64,000 nucleotides of DNA from the NCBI GenBank assembly GCA_030632085.1, contig DAOVJY010000002.1, positions 141,325 through 205,324 of the forward strand, written 5' to 3'. Positions within the stretch are counted from its first letter, which is position 1. The number at the start of each line of letters is the position of its first letter. This DNA is from Candidatus Omnitrophota bacterium (lineage in GTDB: Bacteria; Omnitrophota; Gorgyraeia; JAGLLT01). The translations under genes were made by a program, and so were the position numbers. The notes under the pieces were generated by a model, which saw only the letters and a program-made list of their open reading frames with translations, was not told the DNA's origin and ran no database searches. This document shows positions 41,984 through 50,849 of this stretch, one piece after another.

Positions 41984-43410
41984 TGAGTAGAGACGCGAAA
42001 GATAAAATGAAAATTTTATTAGTGGAAGATGAAGAAGTCACAAGAAAGACGCTTAAACTTATTCTTGAAGAAGAAGGATATGAAGTTATTGCTTTTGAAC
42101 TGGGATATGAGGCCGTAGATGAAGCAAAGCAAAATTTTTATAACGCGGCTGTTATAGATTTAACATTAATAGATATGGATGGGTTGGAGGTTTTGCAGAG
42201 GATAAAAAAGTCTATACCTGATATTTGCGGTATTATTATGACGGCTTATCCTTCAATTAAGACAACCATAGAGGCCATAGAAGCGGAGGCATATGACTAT
42301 ATTATTAAGCCTTATAAAGTTGAGGTAATGAAATCTATTATTCGTAAAGGCCTGGAAAGGCAAAAACTTGTAATAGAAAACAAGAAATTGCTGAAGAATC
42401 TTAAATTAGACAAAGATAAGCTTGAGCATATTTTACTTATCGGAAAAAGTATGAGTTCTATTTTAAATTTGGACGATTTAGTTAATTTTATTGTTCGTAA
42501 GGTTGTTGAGCTTATTCCGGCGGAAAAAGCGTCCCTGCTGCTTATTGATGAGAAAACCGGTGACTTGGTTATTGAAGCGGCTACGGGATTAGATAGTGCT
42601 GTTGTAAAAGGGAAAAAGGTTGCTATGGAGAATACGATTTCGGGGACGGTAGTGCAGCGGGGAGAAGCATTGTTGATAGAGGATATTGAAAAAAGCAGAC
42701 ATCTTAGAAATAAACATTTACATAGATATAAAACCAAGTCATTTTTGAGCGTGCCGCTGCATGTAAAAAATAAAGTAACAGGTGTTTTTAATATTGCTGA
42801 TAAGACTTCTTCAAACATTGATATATTTACGGAAGATGATTTTAAAGTGCTTTCTGTTATTATTCATCAGGCCGCGGTTGCCATCGAGAACGCCAAATTA
42901 TATAAAAAGGCGACTCATCTAGCCGTTACGGACGGGCTGACAGGTCTTTTTAATCATCGTTTTTTTCATGAGCGTTTGGGTGAGGAGATAGACCGTCTCC
43001 ATCGTTATGGTGGAATTCTTTCGCTTATAATGTTTGATGTGGACTGGTTTAAGGAATATAATGATACTTATGGCCACCTTTGCGGAGATATGGCTTTAAA
43101 TGATATCGCCGATATTTTAAGAATTTCAAACAGAAAAGTTGATGTGACATGCCGATATGGAGGAGAAGAGTTTGTGATGATTTTGCCGGGAACCAATGAA
43201 AAAGGAGCGCAAATTTTAGCCGAAAAGATAAGGCAAATAGTTGAAAAACATCATTTCATTGATAAGGACAAATTGCGAAGCAGATTAACTGTAAGTGTCG
43301 GTGTATCTGAATATAAGGAAAAAATTACCAAGGAAGAATTTATCAAAAGAGTGGATGAGGCAATGTATAAAGCAAAGAAAATGGGTAAGAATAAAGTATC
43401 TATTTATTAA
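41983..43410 (+). CDS. Diguanylate cyclase REC-GAF-GGDEF
   Basis: REC (VEDE, VIDL, TAY, KP); GAF; TDGLTGLFN; RKVD I-site five residues before GGEEF. Confidence 0.95.
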   Translation: MSRDAKDKMKILLVEDEEVTRKTLKLILEEEGYEVIAFELGYEAVDEAKQNFYNAAVIDLTLIDMDGLEVLQRIKKSIPDICGIIMTAYPSIKTTIEAIEAEAYDYIIKPYKVEVMKSIIRKGLERQKLVIENKKLLKNLKLDKDKLEHILLIGKSMSSILNLDDLVNFIVRKVVELIPAEKASLLLIDEKTGDLVIEAATGLDSAVVKGKKVAMENTISGTVVQRGEALLIEDIEKSRHLRNKHLHRYKTKSFLSVPLHVKNKVTGVFNIADKTSSNIDIFTEDDFKVLSVIIHQAAVAIENAKLYKKATHLAVTDGLTGLFNHRFFHERLGEEIDRLHRYGGILSLIMFDVDWFKEYNDTYGHLCGDMALNDIADILRISNRKVDVTCRYGGEEFVMILPGTNEKGAQILAEKIRQIVEKHHFIDKDKLRSRLTVSVGVSEYKEKITKEEFIKRVDEAMYKAKKMGKNKVSIY

Positions 43411-43477
43411 CTCTTTGCGATGGTTGTGCTTAAAATATGAAAAGAAAGATTAAGAAGTTAAGTTGCAAGAAAAAACA

Positions 43478-43595
43478 GGAAATCGTAGATTTCCCGGGAC
43501 TAAATCTTGGGAATTTTACAGTATAAAATTCCGCAGGGCATCCGAAATAGGCTTTGCCTATTTCCCTCAAAAATAATCTTTTTGTTTAGGGTTCA
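43478..43595. other. Cluster of adjacent hairpins (candidate structured RNA or REP-like element)
   Basis: GGAAATC-gta-GATTTCC; GGAATTTTA-cagta-TAAAATTCC; GAAATAGGC-ttt-GCCTATTTC; CAAAAA-taatc-TTTTTG. Confidence 0.5.
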
Positions 43596-43685
43596 TCAAG
43601 TTTAGGACTCTTGCCTGCCTGCGTTCAAACCTCCTTTTTTATTTAAAAAAAAAGAATTAAAAAAGGACAAATAGGAAAAATTCAC

Positions 43686-43735
43686 TTGACAGATTTTTCG
43701 CCTTATGTTATAAAGATATTCTAATATCTGAATAT
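43686..43735 (+). promoter_or_regulatory. Sigma70 promoter with overlapping inverted repeat (probable ArsR operator)
   Basis: TTGACA (43686), 17 bp, TGn-TATAAA (43709); AGATATT-ct-AATATCT and ATATTC-N8-GAATAT at 43714-43735. Confidence 0.7.
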
Positions 43736-43748
43736 GAAGGAGGTTAAA

Positions 43749-44033
43749 ATGAATGCTATCGATTACAGAAAAGTTTCTGATTTTTTCAATGTCTTTTCTC
43801 ATCCTACTCGTGTCGAGATGATCATAGAATTGCTGAAAGGTAAAAAATGTGTCAGCGATATAAGAGAGTTGTTGGAGTTAAATCAACCGAATGTTTCACA
43901 GCATCTATCTTTATTAAGATTAAATGACATTGTTGACTGGTGCCAGGAAGGAAAGAGAAAATGTTACTTTTTAAAAAATCCTCAATTGATAAAGGTCATT
44001 TTTGATGTATTGAAGAAAAATAAATTATTATAA
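43749..44033 (+). CDS. ArsR/SmtB family transcriptional regulator
   Basis: FSHPTRV, KCVSDI, QPNVSQHLSLLR, EGKRKCY; AAGGAGG RBS before ATG 43749. Confidence 0.92.
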   Translation: MNAIDYRKVSDFFNVFSHPTRVEMIIELLKGKKCVSDIRELLELNQPNVSQHLSLLRLNDIVDWCQEGKRKCYFLKNPQLIKVIFDVLKKNKLL

Positions 44034-44071
44034 TCTTGAATAAAAGATTATGTTGTGAAAGTTCTTCAAAA

Positions 44072-44200
44072 CAGGATAACTTTCCCGTTATTCTTTATCC
44101 CCAGCTTTTAGGGCTTGCTTTAGCCGCAGACCCAGTAAAAGATATGGGCCTTAATTTACATGCAGTTTCGGTGAATACGGTTTTGGAGAAAATAGCATAG
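44072..44200 (+). pseudogene. C-terminal remnant resembling heterodisulfide reductase subunit B (HdrB)
   Basis: Start-less frame QDNFPVILYPQLLGLALAADPVKDMGLNLHAVSVNTVLEKIA* matches the HdrB PVxxxxQLLGLAxG...LGL..H.V terminus. Confidence 0.7.
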
Positions 44201-44306
44201 GCAGAAATTATCAGTTGTAGAATATACAGATACGGCTTTAATCGATAGCATAAAGGAAATCTGGAGAAAAGTAAGCAAAACTATTTAAATTTAAGGAGAT
44301 ACTTGA

Positions 44307-44666
44307 ATGCCATGGATTGACAAAGATGGATGTGTTGGCTGCGGGATATGCGTAGAGAAGTGTCCTATAGGGGCAATTTCGATGGATGACGAGAGGGCAA
44401 AGATAAATATGGAAAAGTGTATTCATTGCGGTACTTGCCATAGCGTATGCCCGCAAGAGGCAGTGAGACATGATAGCGAGAAAATACCGGAGAATATAAA
44501 GGCTAATGTAGAACAGACGAAGAAATTTATGGAAGCCTGCGTAAAATATCTTGGGGATGACAAGGAAGGGCAGAAATGTTTAAATAGGATGATAAAACAT
44601 TTTAACAAGGAAAAGATTGTTGCGGAAAAGACCCTGGAAGAGCTTGAGAAATTGAGATATGAATGA
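44307..44666 (+). CDS. 2x[4Fe-4S] ferredoxin-domain protein with helical C-terminal extension
   Basis: CVGCGICVEKCP and CIHCGTCHSVCP; AAGGAG RBS. Confidence 0.9.
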   Translation: MPWIDKDGCVGCGICVEKCPIGAISMDDERAKINMEKCIHCGTCHSVCPQEAVRHDSEKIPENIKANVEQTKKFMEACVKYLGDDKEGQKCLNRMIKHFNKEKIVAEKTLEELEKLRYE

Positions 44667-44672
44667 GGAATA

Positions 44673-45173
44673 ATGAAGCGTACATTTAAATTTTGTCCTT
44701 TATGTAAAGACCCTCTGCGCGGGAAGCAGGTAGACGGCCGCAAGAGATTGGTTTGCCAAAAATGCGGCTGGATACATTATAAAAATCCCTTACCCGTTGT
44801 GGTTTGCGCGGCGAAGAAGAAAGATGGTAAAATACTTATAACAAAGAGAAACCTTAGCCCGGGTATAAATAAATGGGCTCTCCCCGGCGGGTTTATTGAA
44901 TCAGGCGAAACCTCTGAAACTGCCTGCTTAAGGGAATTAGAAGAAGAAACAGGCCTAAAAGGCAAAATCAAAAGATTAATAGGTGTTTATATCCAGAAGA
45001 CCAGAGAATATGGCTCACTTCTTATTATTGGTTATGAGGTTAGTGTTTCTAAATGTAACCTATCATTAAATAATGAATTGAAAGATGCAAGATTTTTCAG
45101 CAAGAAAAATTTACCCATTATACCATTTTCATCCCACAGAAAAATAATAGAAAAGATTTTTGAAAGTGTATGA
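44673..45173 (+). CDS. Zinc-ribbon NUDIX hydrolase
   Basis: FCPLC...CQKC; WALPGG, Nudix box RELEEETG. Confidence 0.92.
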   Translation: MKRTFKFCPLCKDPLRGKQVDGRKRLVCQKCGWIHYKNPLPVVVCAAKKKDGKILITKRNLSPGINKWALPGGFIESGETSETACLRELEEETGLKGKIKRLIGVYIQKTREYGSLLIIGYEVSVSKCNLSLNNELKDARFFSKKNLPIIPFSSHRKIIEKIFESV

Positions 45174-45247
45174 TAAATTTAAATAACATATAATATATCT
45201 GAGCAGGTATCTCTGGACTGCGTGTTTTTAAAGGAGGTTTATTAAAA

Positions 45248-45958
45248 ATGAGTGATGTTTTGCAAATTCTGACTGCTTTTGGCGCGGGGCTTTTATCATT
45301 TTTTTCACCGTGCATATTGCCTCTTCTTCCCGTGTATATTTGTTTTATGACCGGGTTGTCGGTTGAAGAACTAAGTATGTCTAAAGAGAGGGGTTTTGGG
45401 AAGACAAAGTCCGTTTTGCCCGAATGTTTGTTGTTTATCCTGGGTTTTTCCATAGTTTTTATTATTTTAGGCGCTTCAGCCACCCTTTTGGGATCATTTT
45501 TAAATTCACTTTTGTTTAAATATCAGAAGATGATAAAAATAATCAGTGGATTAGTAGTAATTCTTTTTGGATTGCATATAAGCGGTTTACTTAGTGTAAA
45601 GTTTTTACAATATGAGAAAAAGTTTCACCTTAGCAATAAGCCTGTAAATAAATTCAGCTCTTTTTTAGTAGGTGTAATTTTTGGTTTTGGCTGGACGCCC
45701 TGCGTCGGGCCTATATTAGGCGGCATACTTGTGTTGGCTTCCACCAAAGACAGTGTATCCAAAGGCATATTGCTCTTAAGCTTCTATTCTTTGGGATTAG
45801 GGTTGCCATTTTTTCTTTTGAGCATAGGGATGAAGTATATGTTAGGCGTATTTTCAAAGGTAAAAAGGTATTTTAAGCCTATCTCAATTGTAAGCGGTGT
45901 TTTACTTGTTGTTATAGGAATAGGAATTATAATTTCGGGTTTTTTGAAAGGGGGATAA
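45248..45958 (+). CDS. ccdA: Cytochrome c biogenesis / thiol-redox membrane protein CcdA
   Basis: SFFSPCILPL, GWTPCVGPIL, GLGLPF. Confidence 0.93.
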   Translation: MSDVLQILTAFGAGLLSFFSPCILPLLPVYICFMTGLSVEELSMSKERGFGKTKSVLPECLLFILGFSIVFIILGASATLLGSFLNSLLFKYQKMIKIISGLVVILFGLHISGLLSVKFLQYEKKFHLSNKPVNKFSSFLVGVIFGFGWTPCVGPILGGILVLASTKDSVSKGILLLSFYSLGLGLPFFLLSIGMKYMLGVFSKVKRYFKPISIVSGVLLVVIGIGIIISGFLKGG

Positions 45959-45960
45959 AA

Positions 45961-46482
45961 ATGCGTGGAAAAATAACAAGTATATTGGTTTTATTAGGGC
46001 TTTTTGTTTTTTTAATAGCGGGGCGGGAAAAGCCGCTATTTTTACAGTTTGCTGAAGCGGGAGAGAAAAATAAGCCGGCTGCCGATTTTGTATTGGCGGA
46101 TCTTGATGGGAAAAGCCTAAAGCTTTTTGATTTTGAAGGTAAAGTAATTATCCTTGATTTCTGGGCTACACACTGTCCGCCATGTCGAAAAGAAATCCCT
46201 GATTTTATTAAGCTGTATGATAAATACAGGGATAAAGGATTGGTAATAATTGGCATAAGCCTTGATAGGTGCGGTGTGGAAAAAGTAAAAAGTTTCTGCA
46301 GGGAGAATGGAGTAAATTATCCTGTTGTAACAGGTGACCGTGAAGTAATTGCAAGCTACGGCGGCATTAGATATATTCCCACCACTTTTATTATTGATAA
46401 AAACAAAAATATAGTTAAAAAATTTATAGGCTATACGTCTATTAATGTTTTTGAACGTGAGATTAAGGCGCTTTTAGAGTAG
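45961..46482 (+). CDS. TlpA/ResA-like exported thiol-disulfide oxidoreductase
   Basis: Signal or anchor helix, FWATHCPPC, IPTTFIID. Confidence 0.92.
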   Translation: MRGKITSILVLLGLFVFLIAGREKPLFLQFAEAGEKNKPAADFVLADLDGKSLKLFDFEGKVIILDFWATHCPPCRKEIPDFIKLYDKYRDKGLVIIGISLDRCGVEKVKSFCRENGVNYPVVTGDREVIASYGGIRYIPTTFIIDKNKNIVKKFIGYTSINVFEREIKALLE

Positions 46483-46516
46483 AAAACCGCGTATAGATAA
46501 AAGAGGAGAAAGATAA

Positions 46517-47884
46517 GTGGATCAGACAAAAAGAATAGTTGTGATAGGATGTTCTGGAGCTGGAGCGTCGGCGGCGAAAATGGTAAAAAAATTAAAACCT
46601 TCTTTAGATGTAACAATAATAAGAGAACAAGAAGAAAGAGGGCTTTTAACCAGGTGCGCTACTCCTTATATTGCTAGCGGGAATGTAACAGTTGATTCTT
46701 CATATAAGGATGATAAAATTTTTTCAGAACAAGGTATAAAATTAGTAAACGTAAAAGCTGTTGGCGTAGATCGAAAAGCTAAAAAAGTAACAACCGCGGA
46801 TGGAATTTCATATCTTTATGATAAACTTATTTTGACAACCGGCGCGAGGCCTGTAATCCTCCCAATTTCAGGAATTGATTTACCGGGAGTATTTACTCTG
46901 CGAACGAGTGGAGACGCGATTAATATATTAAATTGGGTGAATTCAAAACGTGTAAAGAATGTGGTTGTAATAGGGGCTGGCGCGATAGGAATAGAAATTG
47001 CTTATTTGATTGCGCAGCATGGCGTAAATATTGTTCTCGTGGAAATGCTTGAACATATTATGCAAATGGTTTTAGATTCAGATATGAGTAAAGAAGTAGA
47101 GAAGTATATTAAGGAAAAGAAGATTGGGTTAAAGTTAAATCAAAAGGCCAAATCTATCATCGGCCAGAAAAAAGTAAAGGGCGTTGAATTATCTTTAGGT
47201 AAGAAAGTAAAAGCAGAGATGGTAATTGTTTCAGGGGGCATACAGCCTAATATTGAGTTGGCTCAAAAGGCAGGTTTAAAAATAGGACGATTGGGGTTAA
47301 AGGTAAATGATAATTTACAGACCTCGGATGCGGATATTTATGCCGCCGGAGATTTAATAGAGTATAAAAGTTTTATTACCGGTAAGCCAATGTTTGGGCA
47401 ATTAAGGCCAAATGCTGTAATTAGCGGAAGAATAGCGGCAAAAAATATTTTAGGCTACAATGTAAAATTTCCCGGATTAATAAACAGTTTTGCCACAAAG
47501 TTTTTTGATAAATCAATTGCCGGATGCGGGATTACAGAATCAGAAGCGAAAGAAAATGAAATTGATGTAATCAGCGCGAGGCAGAGTTCGATAAGTAAAC
47601 ATTCTATGATGAGGGATAAAAAACCTTATGTAGTTAAGCTTGTATTTAATAAGCAGACGAAGAAGATTATAGGCGGTCAGATAGTTAGCGATAGCGGATG
47701 TCCGGTTAAACATATTGATGTTATAGCATTGGCGATAAAGTGCGGTTTGACCGCTTTAGATTTGACAACTTTAAGATGTGCTGGACAACCGGAGCTTTCA
47801 CCTGATCCGGGTATTGAACCGTTATCTTTAGCGGCAGAGAGTGTATTTGAGAGATTATATAACAGAACTGGAAATGGTAAGTGA
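46517..47884 (+). CDS. CoA-disulfide reductase / NADH oxidase family flavoprotein
   Basis: IGCSGAG, redox Cys TRCATPY, GAGAIG, IYAAGD, IIGGQ; GAGGAG RBS before GTG. Confidence 0.88.
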   Translation: MDQTKRIVVIGCSGAGASAAKMVKKLKPSLDVTIIREQEERGLLTRCATPYIASGNVTVDSSYKDDKIFSEQGIKLVNVKAVGVDRKAKKVTTADGISYLYDKLILTTGARPVILPISGIDLPGVFTLRTSGDAINILNWVNSKRVKNVVVIGAGAIGIEIAYLIAQHGVNIVLVEMLEHIMQMVLDSDMSKEVEKYIKEKKIGLKLNQKAKSIIGQKKVKGVELSLGKKVKAEMVIVSGGIQPNIELAQKAGLKIGRLGLKVNDNLQTSDADIYAAGDLIEYKSFITGKPMFGQLRPNAVISGRIAAKNILGYNVKFPGLINSFATKFFDKSIAGCGITESEAKENEIDVISARQSSISKHSMMRDKKPYVVKLVFNKQTKKIIGGQIVSDSGCPVKHIDVIALAIKCGLTALDLTTLRCAGQPELSPDPGIEPLSLAAESVFERLYNRTGNGK

Positions 47885-47906
47885 GAAACCTAAAGGAGAT
47901 GAACAA

Positions 47907-48239
47907 ATGGAAGTTAGAGAAGTCGAGATTAATGTAACCGACGCGAATTTTAAGCAGGAGGTATTAGAATCAGATATTCCTGTTTTGGTGGACTTCTGGG
48001 CCCAATGGTGCGGGCCCTGTCATATGATTGCCCCGGCAGTTAAAGCTATAGCCGGGGAATATAAAGAAAAACTGAAGGTGTGCAAAGTAAATGTGGATGA
48101 AGCTCCTGCCGCTGCTTCCGAATATAGCATTATGAGCATACCCACGTTGGCAATTTTTAAAAATGGCAAGATAGTAGATAAAGTTATAGGAGTTGTTCCT
48201 AAAGCGCAGCTTGAAGCTGCTATTAATCACCACATTTGA
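47907..48239 (+). CDS. trxA: Thioredoxin
   Basis: [14 protein letters not shown]; AAGGAG RBS before ATG 47907. Confidence 0.95.
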   Translation: MEVREVEINVTDANFKQEVLESDIPVLVDFWAQWCGPCHMIAPAVKAIAGEYKEKLKVCKVNVDEAPAAASEYSIMSIPTLAIFKNGKIVDKVIGVVPKAQLEAAINHHI

Positions 48240-48275
48240 TTGAAACAAACTCAAAATTAAGAAAAAATAGGAGTA

Positions 48276-48476
48276 ATGGCTATGCCGGTGTATACATATG
48301 TCTGTGAAGATTGCGGTGAAAAATTTGATTTGTTGATTGGAATGACTTCTGAAAAGGTAGAGCTTAAATGTAATAAATGCGGTAGTAAGAAAATTAAGAA
48401 AACATTCAGTTCTTTTAGTGTAAAAAGTTCAAATTCTTCCGGGCCGAGCTGCCCGACAGGAAGCTGTAACCTTTAA
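48276..48476 (+). CDS. FmdB-family zinc-ribbon protein
   Basis: MPVYTYVCEDCG...CNKCGS...CPTGSC. Confidence 0.88.
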   Translation: MAMPVYTYVCEDCGEKFDLLIGMTSEKVELKCNKCGSKKIKKTFSSFSVKSSNSSGPSCPTGSCNL

Positions 48477-48504
48477 AATATTCAAAAGTTAAGGAGATGA
48501 ACAA

Positions 48505-48621
48505 ATGGGGAATATAGAGCAGAAAAGTAAAAAATTTATTTATAAAACAAATGTAACATGGACAGAAGAAAAGAAAGGAATTTTATGTTCAGCCGGTAAG
48601 CCAACCGAAAACTGGCTATAA
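48505..48621 (+). pseudogene. Truncated OsmC-family N-terminus
   Basis: AAGGAG RBS; MGNIEQKSKKFIYKTNVTWTEEKKGILCSAGKPT, then stop after 38 aa. Confidence 0.6.
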
Positions 48622-48833
48622 AATATCATCCAGATAAATGCAAAAGCAAAAGCAAGAAAAAATGCGAAGATAAATTCAAGGAATTAACCCATGCCAATGA
48701 TATCTTGATGAGTTATTGCACCGGCTACAGATATTCTTTTAAGAAAAATGACGTTAAAAGAAATTCTATAACTAAAGAGCTCTATGAGCATTTAAAGCGC
48801 TTTTATTCCGATGATTTATCGTATAAAGGTTAG
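48606..48833 (+). pseudogene. 5'-deleted small J-domain protein
   Basis: Start-less frame RKLAIKYHPDKC...EDKFKELTHANDILMSYC...YRYSF...* with HPD motif. Confidence 0.8.
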
Positions 48834-48835
48834 TT

Positions 48836-49456
48836 ATGTCTAGTATATTCGATGAAAACTATGAAAAATATGATAGTTGGTATGAAAAGAATGAATATAC
48901 TTATTATTCTGAGCTCAAACTCCTTCAAAAATTAATTCCAGAAAACAAAAAGGGCATTGAGATAGGTGTGGGTACCGGTAGATTTGCCGCGCCCCTGGGG
49001 ATTGAGTACGGTATTGACCCCTCAGAGAATATGCTTAAAATAGCAAAGGAAAGAGGAGTCAAAGTAAAAAGGGCCTCAGGCGAGAGGATACCCTTTGACG
49101 ACAATGTTTTTGAGTACGCGGCTATTATTATTACTTTAGCCTTTGTCAATAATCCCCAAGAGGTAATTAAAGAGGCTTGGAGAGTTTTAAATAATAAGGG
49201 CAAGATCATAATTGGCATAGTAGATAGCAGTAGCTTTTTAGCGGATTTTTATAGAAAAAAAGAGGGTGCCTTTTATAAAGAAGCCAAGTTTGTCAAAGTT
49301 AACCAACTAGCTCAATGGCTTAAGGCGGCAGGTTTTTATAATCTCATTTACTATCAGACGCTGTTTAATTTGCCGCGGGATATGACTGAGATAGAAAAAC
49401 CTCGAAACGGTTTTGGGCAGGGTGGTTTTGTTGTAGTTGTTGCGGATAAAAAATAG
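48836..49456 (+). CDS. Class I SAM-dependent methyltransferase
   Basis: YDSWY, IEIGVGTGRF, GIDPS, IPFDD. Confidence 0.9.
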   Translation: MSSIFDENYEKYDSWYEKNEYTYYSELKLLQKLIPENKKGIEIGVGTGRFAAPLGIEYGIDPSENMLKIAKERGVKVKRASGERIPFDDNVFEYAAIIITLAFVNNPQEVIKEAWRVLNNKGKIIIGIVDSSSFLADFYRKKEGAFYKEAKFVKVNQLAQWLKAAGFYNLIYYQTLFNLPRDMTEIEKPRNGFGQGGFVVVVADKK

Positions 49457-49485
49457 GTATAAGCTGTATATTAAATCAAATTTTC

Positions 49486-49514
49486 TTGCATATTTCATCT
49501 AAAATAGCTACAAT
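49486..49514 (+). promoter_or_regulatory. Sigma70 promoter giving a leaderless miaB mRNA
   Basis: TTGCAT (49486), 17 bp, TACAAT (49509-14); ATG 6 nt downstream with no SD. Confidence 0.7.
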
Positions 49515-49520
49515 AAAACC

Positions 49521-50849
49521 ATGCCAAAAAAAGTTTACATTCGTACCTTCGGTTGTCAAATGAACGAGTATGACTCTGAAATACTTCGGGGTTTACTTAT
49601 AAAGAGTGGGTTTGTGCCTGTTGAGAGTGAGGAGTCTGCCAATATAGTTCTTTTTAACGGTTGCAGTGTTAGGGAGCATGCTGAGAGAAGAGTTATCGGT
49701 AGAGCGGGTATGCTGAGAAAAAGAAAAGAAAAAGATGAACGGCTTAAGATAATAGGTGTTATCGGCTGCATGGCTCAAGCCCATAAAGAGAAACTCTTTG
49801 GTGAAATGCCTTATCTCGACTTAATTTGCGGCCCTCAGCATATCTATAAGATACCGGAATATCTTAGTGAAATATTAGCAGGCCGCGGGCCCATAGTAGC
49901 TGTAGATGAAGATAAGCGGCCGGCGGACAGGGAAAATCATCTCTTAAGGGATGAAAATATCAAAATTAAAGCCTATATAACTATTATGGAGGGCTGTAAT
50001 AACTTTTGTTCTTATTGCGTGGTGCCTTATGTCAGAGGCAGAGAAACGAGTAGGCCGCCTGAGATGATATTAAAGGAAGCCGATGATTTAGTAAAAAGGG
50101 GTATAAGGGAAATTACTCTCTTAGGCCAAAATGTTAATTCATATGCCAAAGATTTTAATAATGGCTATACGTTTTCAAACTTACTAAAAGAAGTAGACGC
50201 TATAAGTGATTTAAAGCGGCTCAAATTTGTAACCAGTCATCCTAAAGACGCGGATGAGCAAATGTTTAAAGCTATGTTTAAATTACCAACAGTTTGTGAA
50301 TTCCTGCACTTGCCCATACAGTCAGGTTCTGATGAAATTTTAAAAAGTATGAATAGAAAATATACCAGAGATGATTATTTAAGAAAGATTGATATAGCCA
50401 GAAGATATATGCCGGAGGGCGCTATCAGTACTGATATCATTGTCGGTTATCCTAATGAAAGCGATGATGATTTTAAGGAGACGTTAAATGTTTTAAAGCA
50501 GGTTAAATATGATACAGCTTATGTCTTTAAGTATTCTCCCAGGCCGCATACAGCAGCTTCAAAAATGGAGGATAATGTACCTCAGAAGGTCAAAGAAGAG
50601 AGAAATCAAATTTTGCTTAATCTGCAAAGGGACATTTCAAGAAAGAATAACGAGAAGTACCTTAATAAAAAACTGGGTGTTTTGGTTGAAGGCTTCAGTG
50701 ATAAATGCGATAAACTATTGGTAGGCAAAACCAGAACGGGTAAAACAGTAGTTTTTGAAGGGCCGCAAGTATTAATCGGCAAAATAGTTGAGGTGAGAGT
50801 TCACGGGACAAATGCCTCAACCTTGTTGGGTAACTGGAAGAAGATATGA
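49521..50849 (+). CDS. miaB: tRNA-2-methylthio-N6-isopentenyladenosine synthase
   Basis: TFGCQMN, CSVRE, GCMAQ, GCNNFCSYC, LLGQNVN, TRAM domain. Confidence 0.97.
   Translation: MPKKVYIRTFGCQMNEYDSEILRGLLIKSGFVPVESEESANIVLFNGCSVREHAERRVIGRAGMLRKRKEKDERLKIIGVIGCMAQAHKEKLFGEMPYLDLICGPQHIYKIPEYLSEILAGRGPIVAVDEDKRPADRENHLLRDENIKIKAYITIMEGCNNFCSYCVVPYVRGRETSRPPEMILKEADDLVKRGIREITLLGQNVNSYAKDFNNGYTFSNLLKEVDAISDLKRLKFVTSHPKDADEQMFKAMFKLPTVCEFLHLPIQSGSDEILKSMNRKYTRDDYLRKIDIARRYMPEGAISTDIIVGYPNESDDDFKETLNVLKQVKYDTAYVFKYSPRPHTAASKMEDNVPQKVKEERNQILLNLQRDISRKNNEKYLNKKLGVLVEGFSDKCDKLLVGKTRTGKTVVFEGPQVLIGKIVEVRVHGTNASTLLGNWKKI

Noticed and set aside
43478-43640. c-di-GMP riboswitch or hammerhead ribozyme
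   Set aside because: Only fragments (GGCAAA, TTGATGA on the minus strand); the required core architecture could not be assembled
43749-48833. Selenoproteins in the redox island
   Set aside because: Redox motifs are Cys-encoded and I saw no in-frame TGA explaining the truncations
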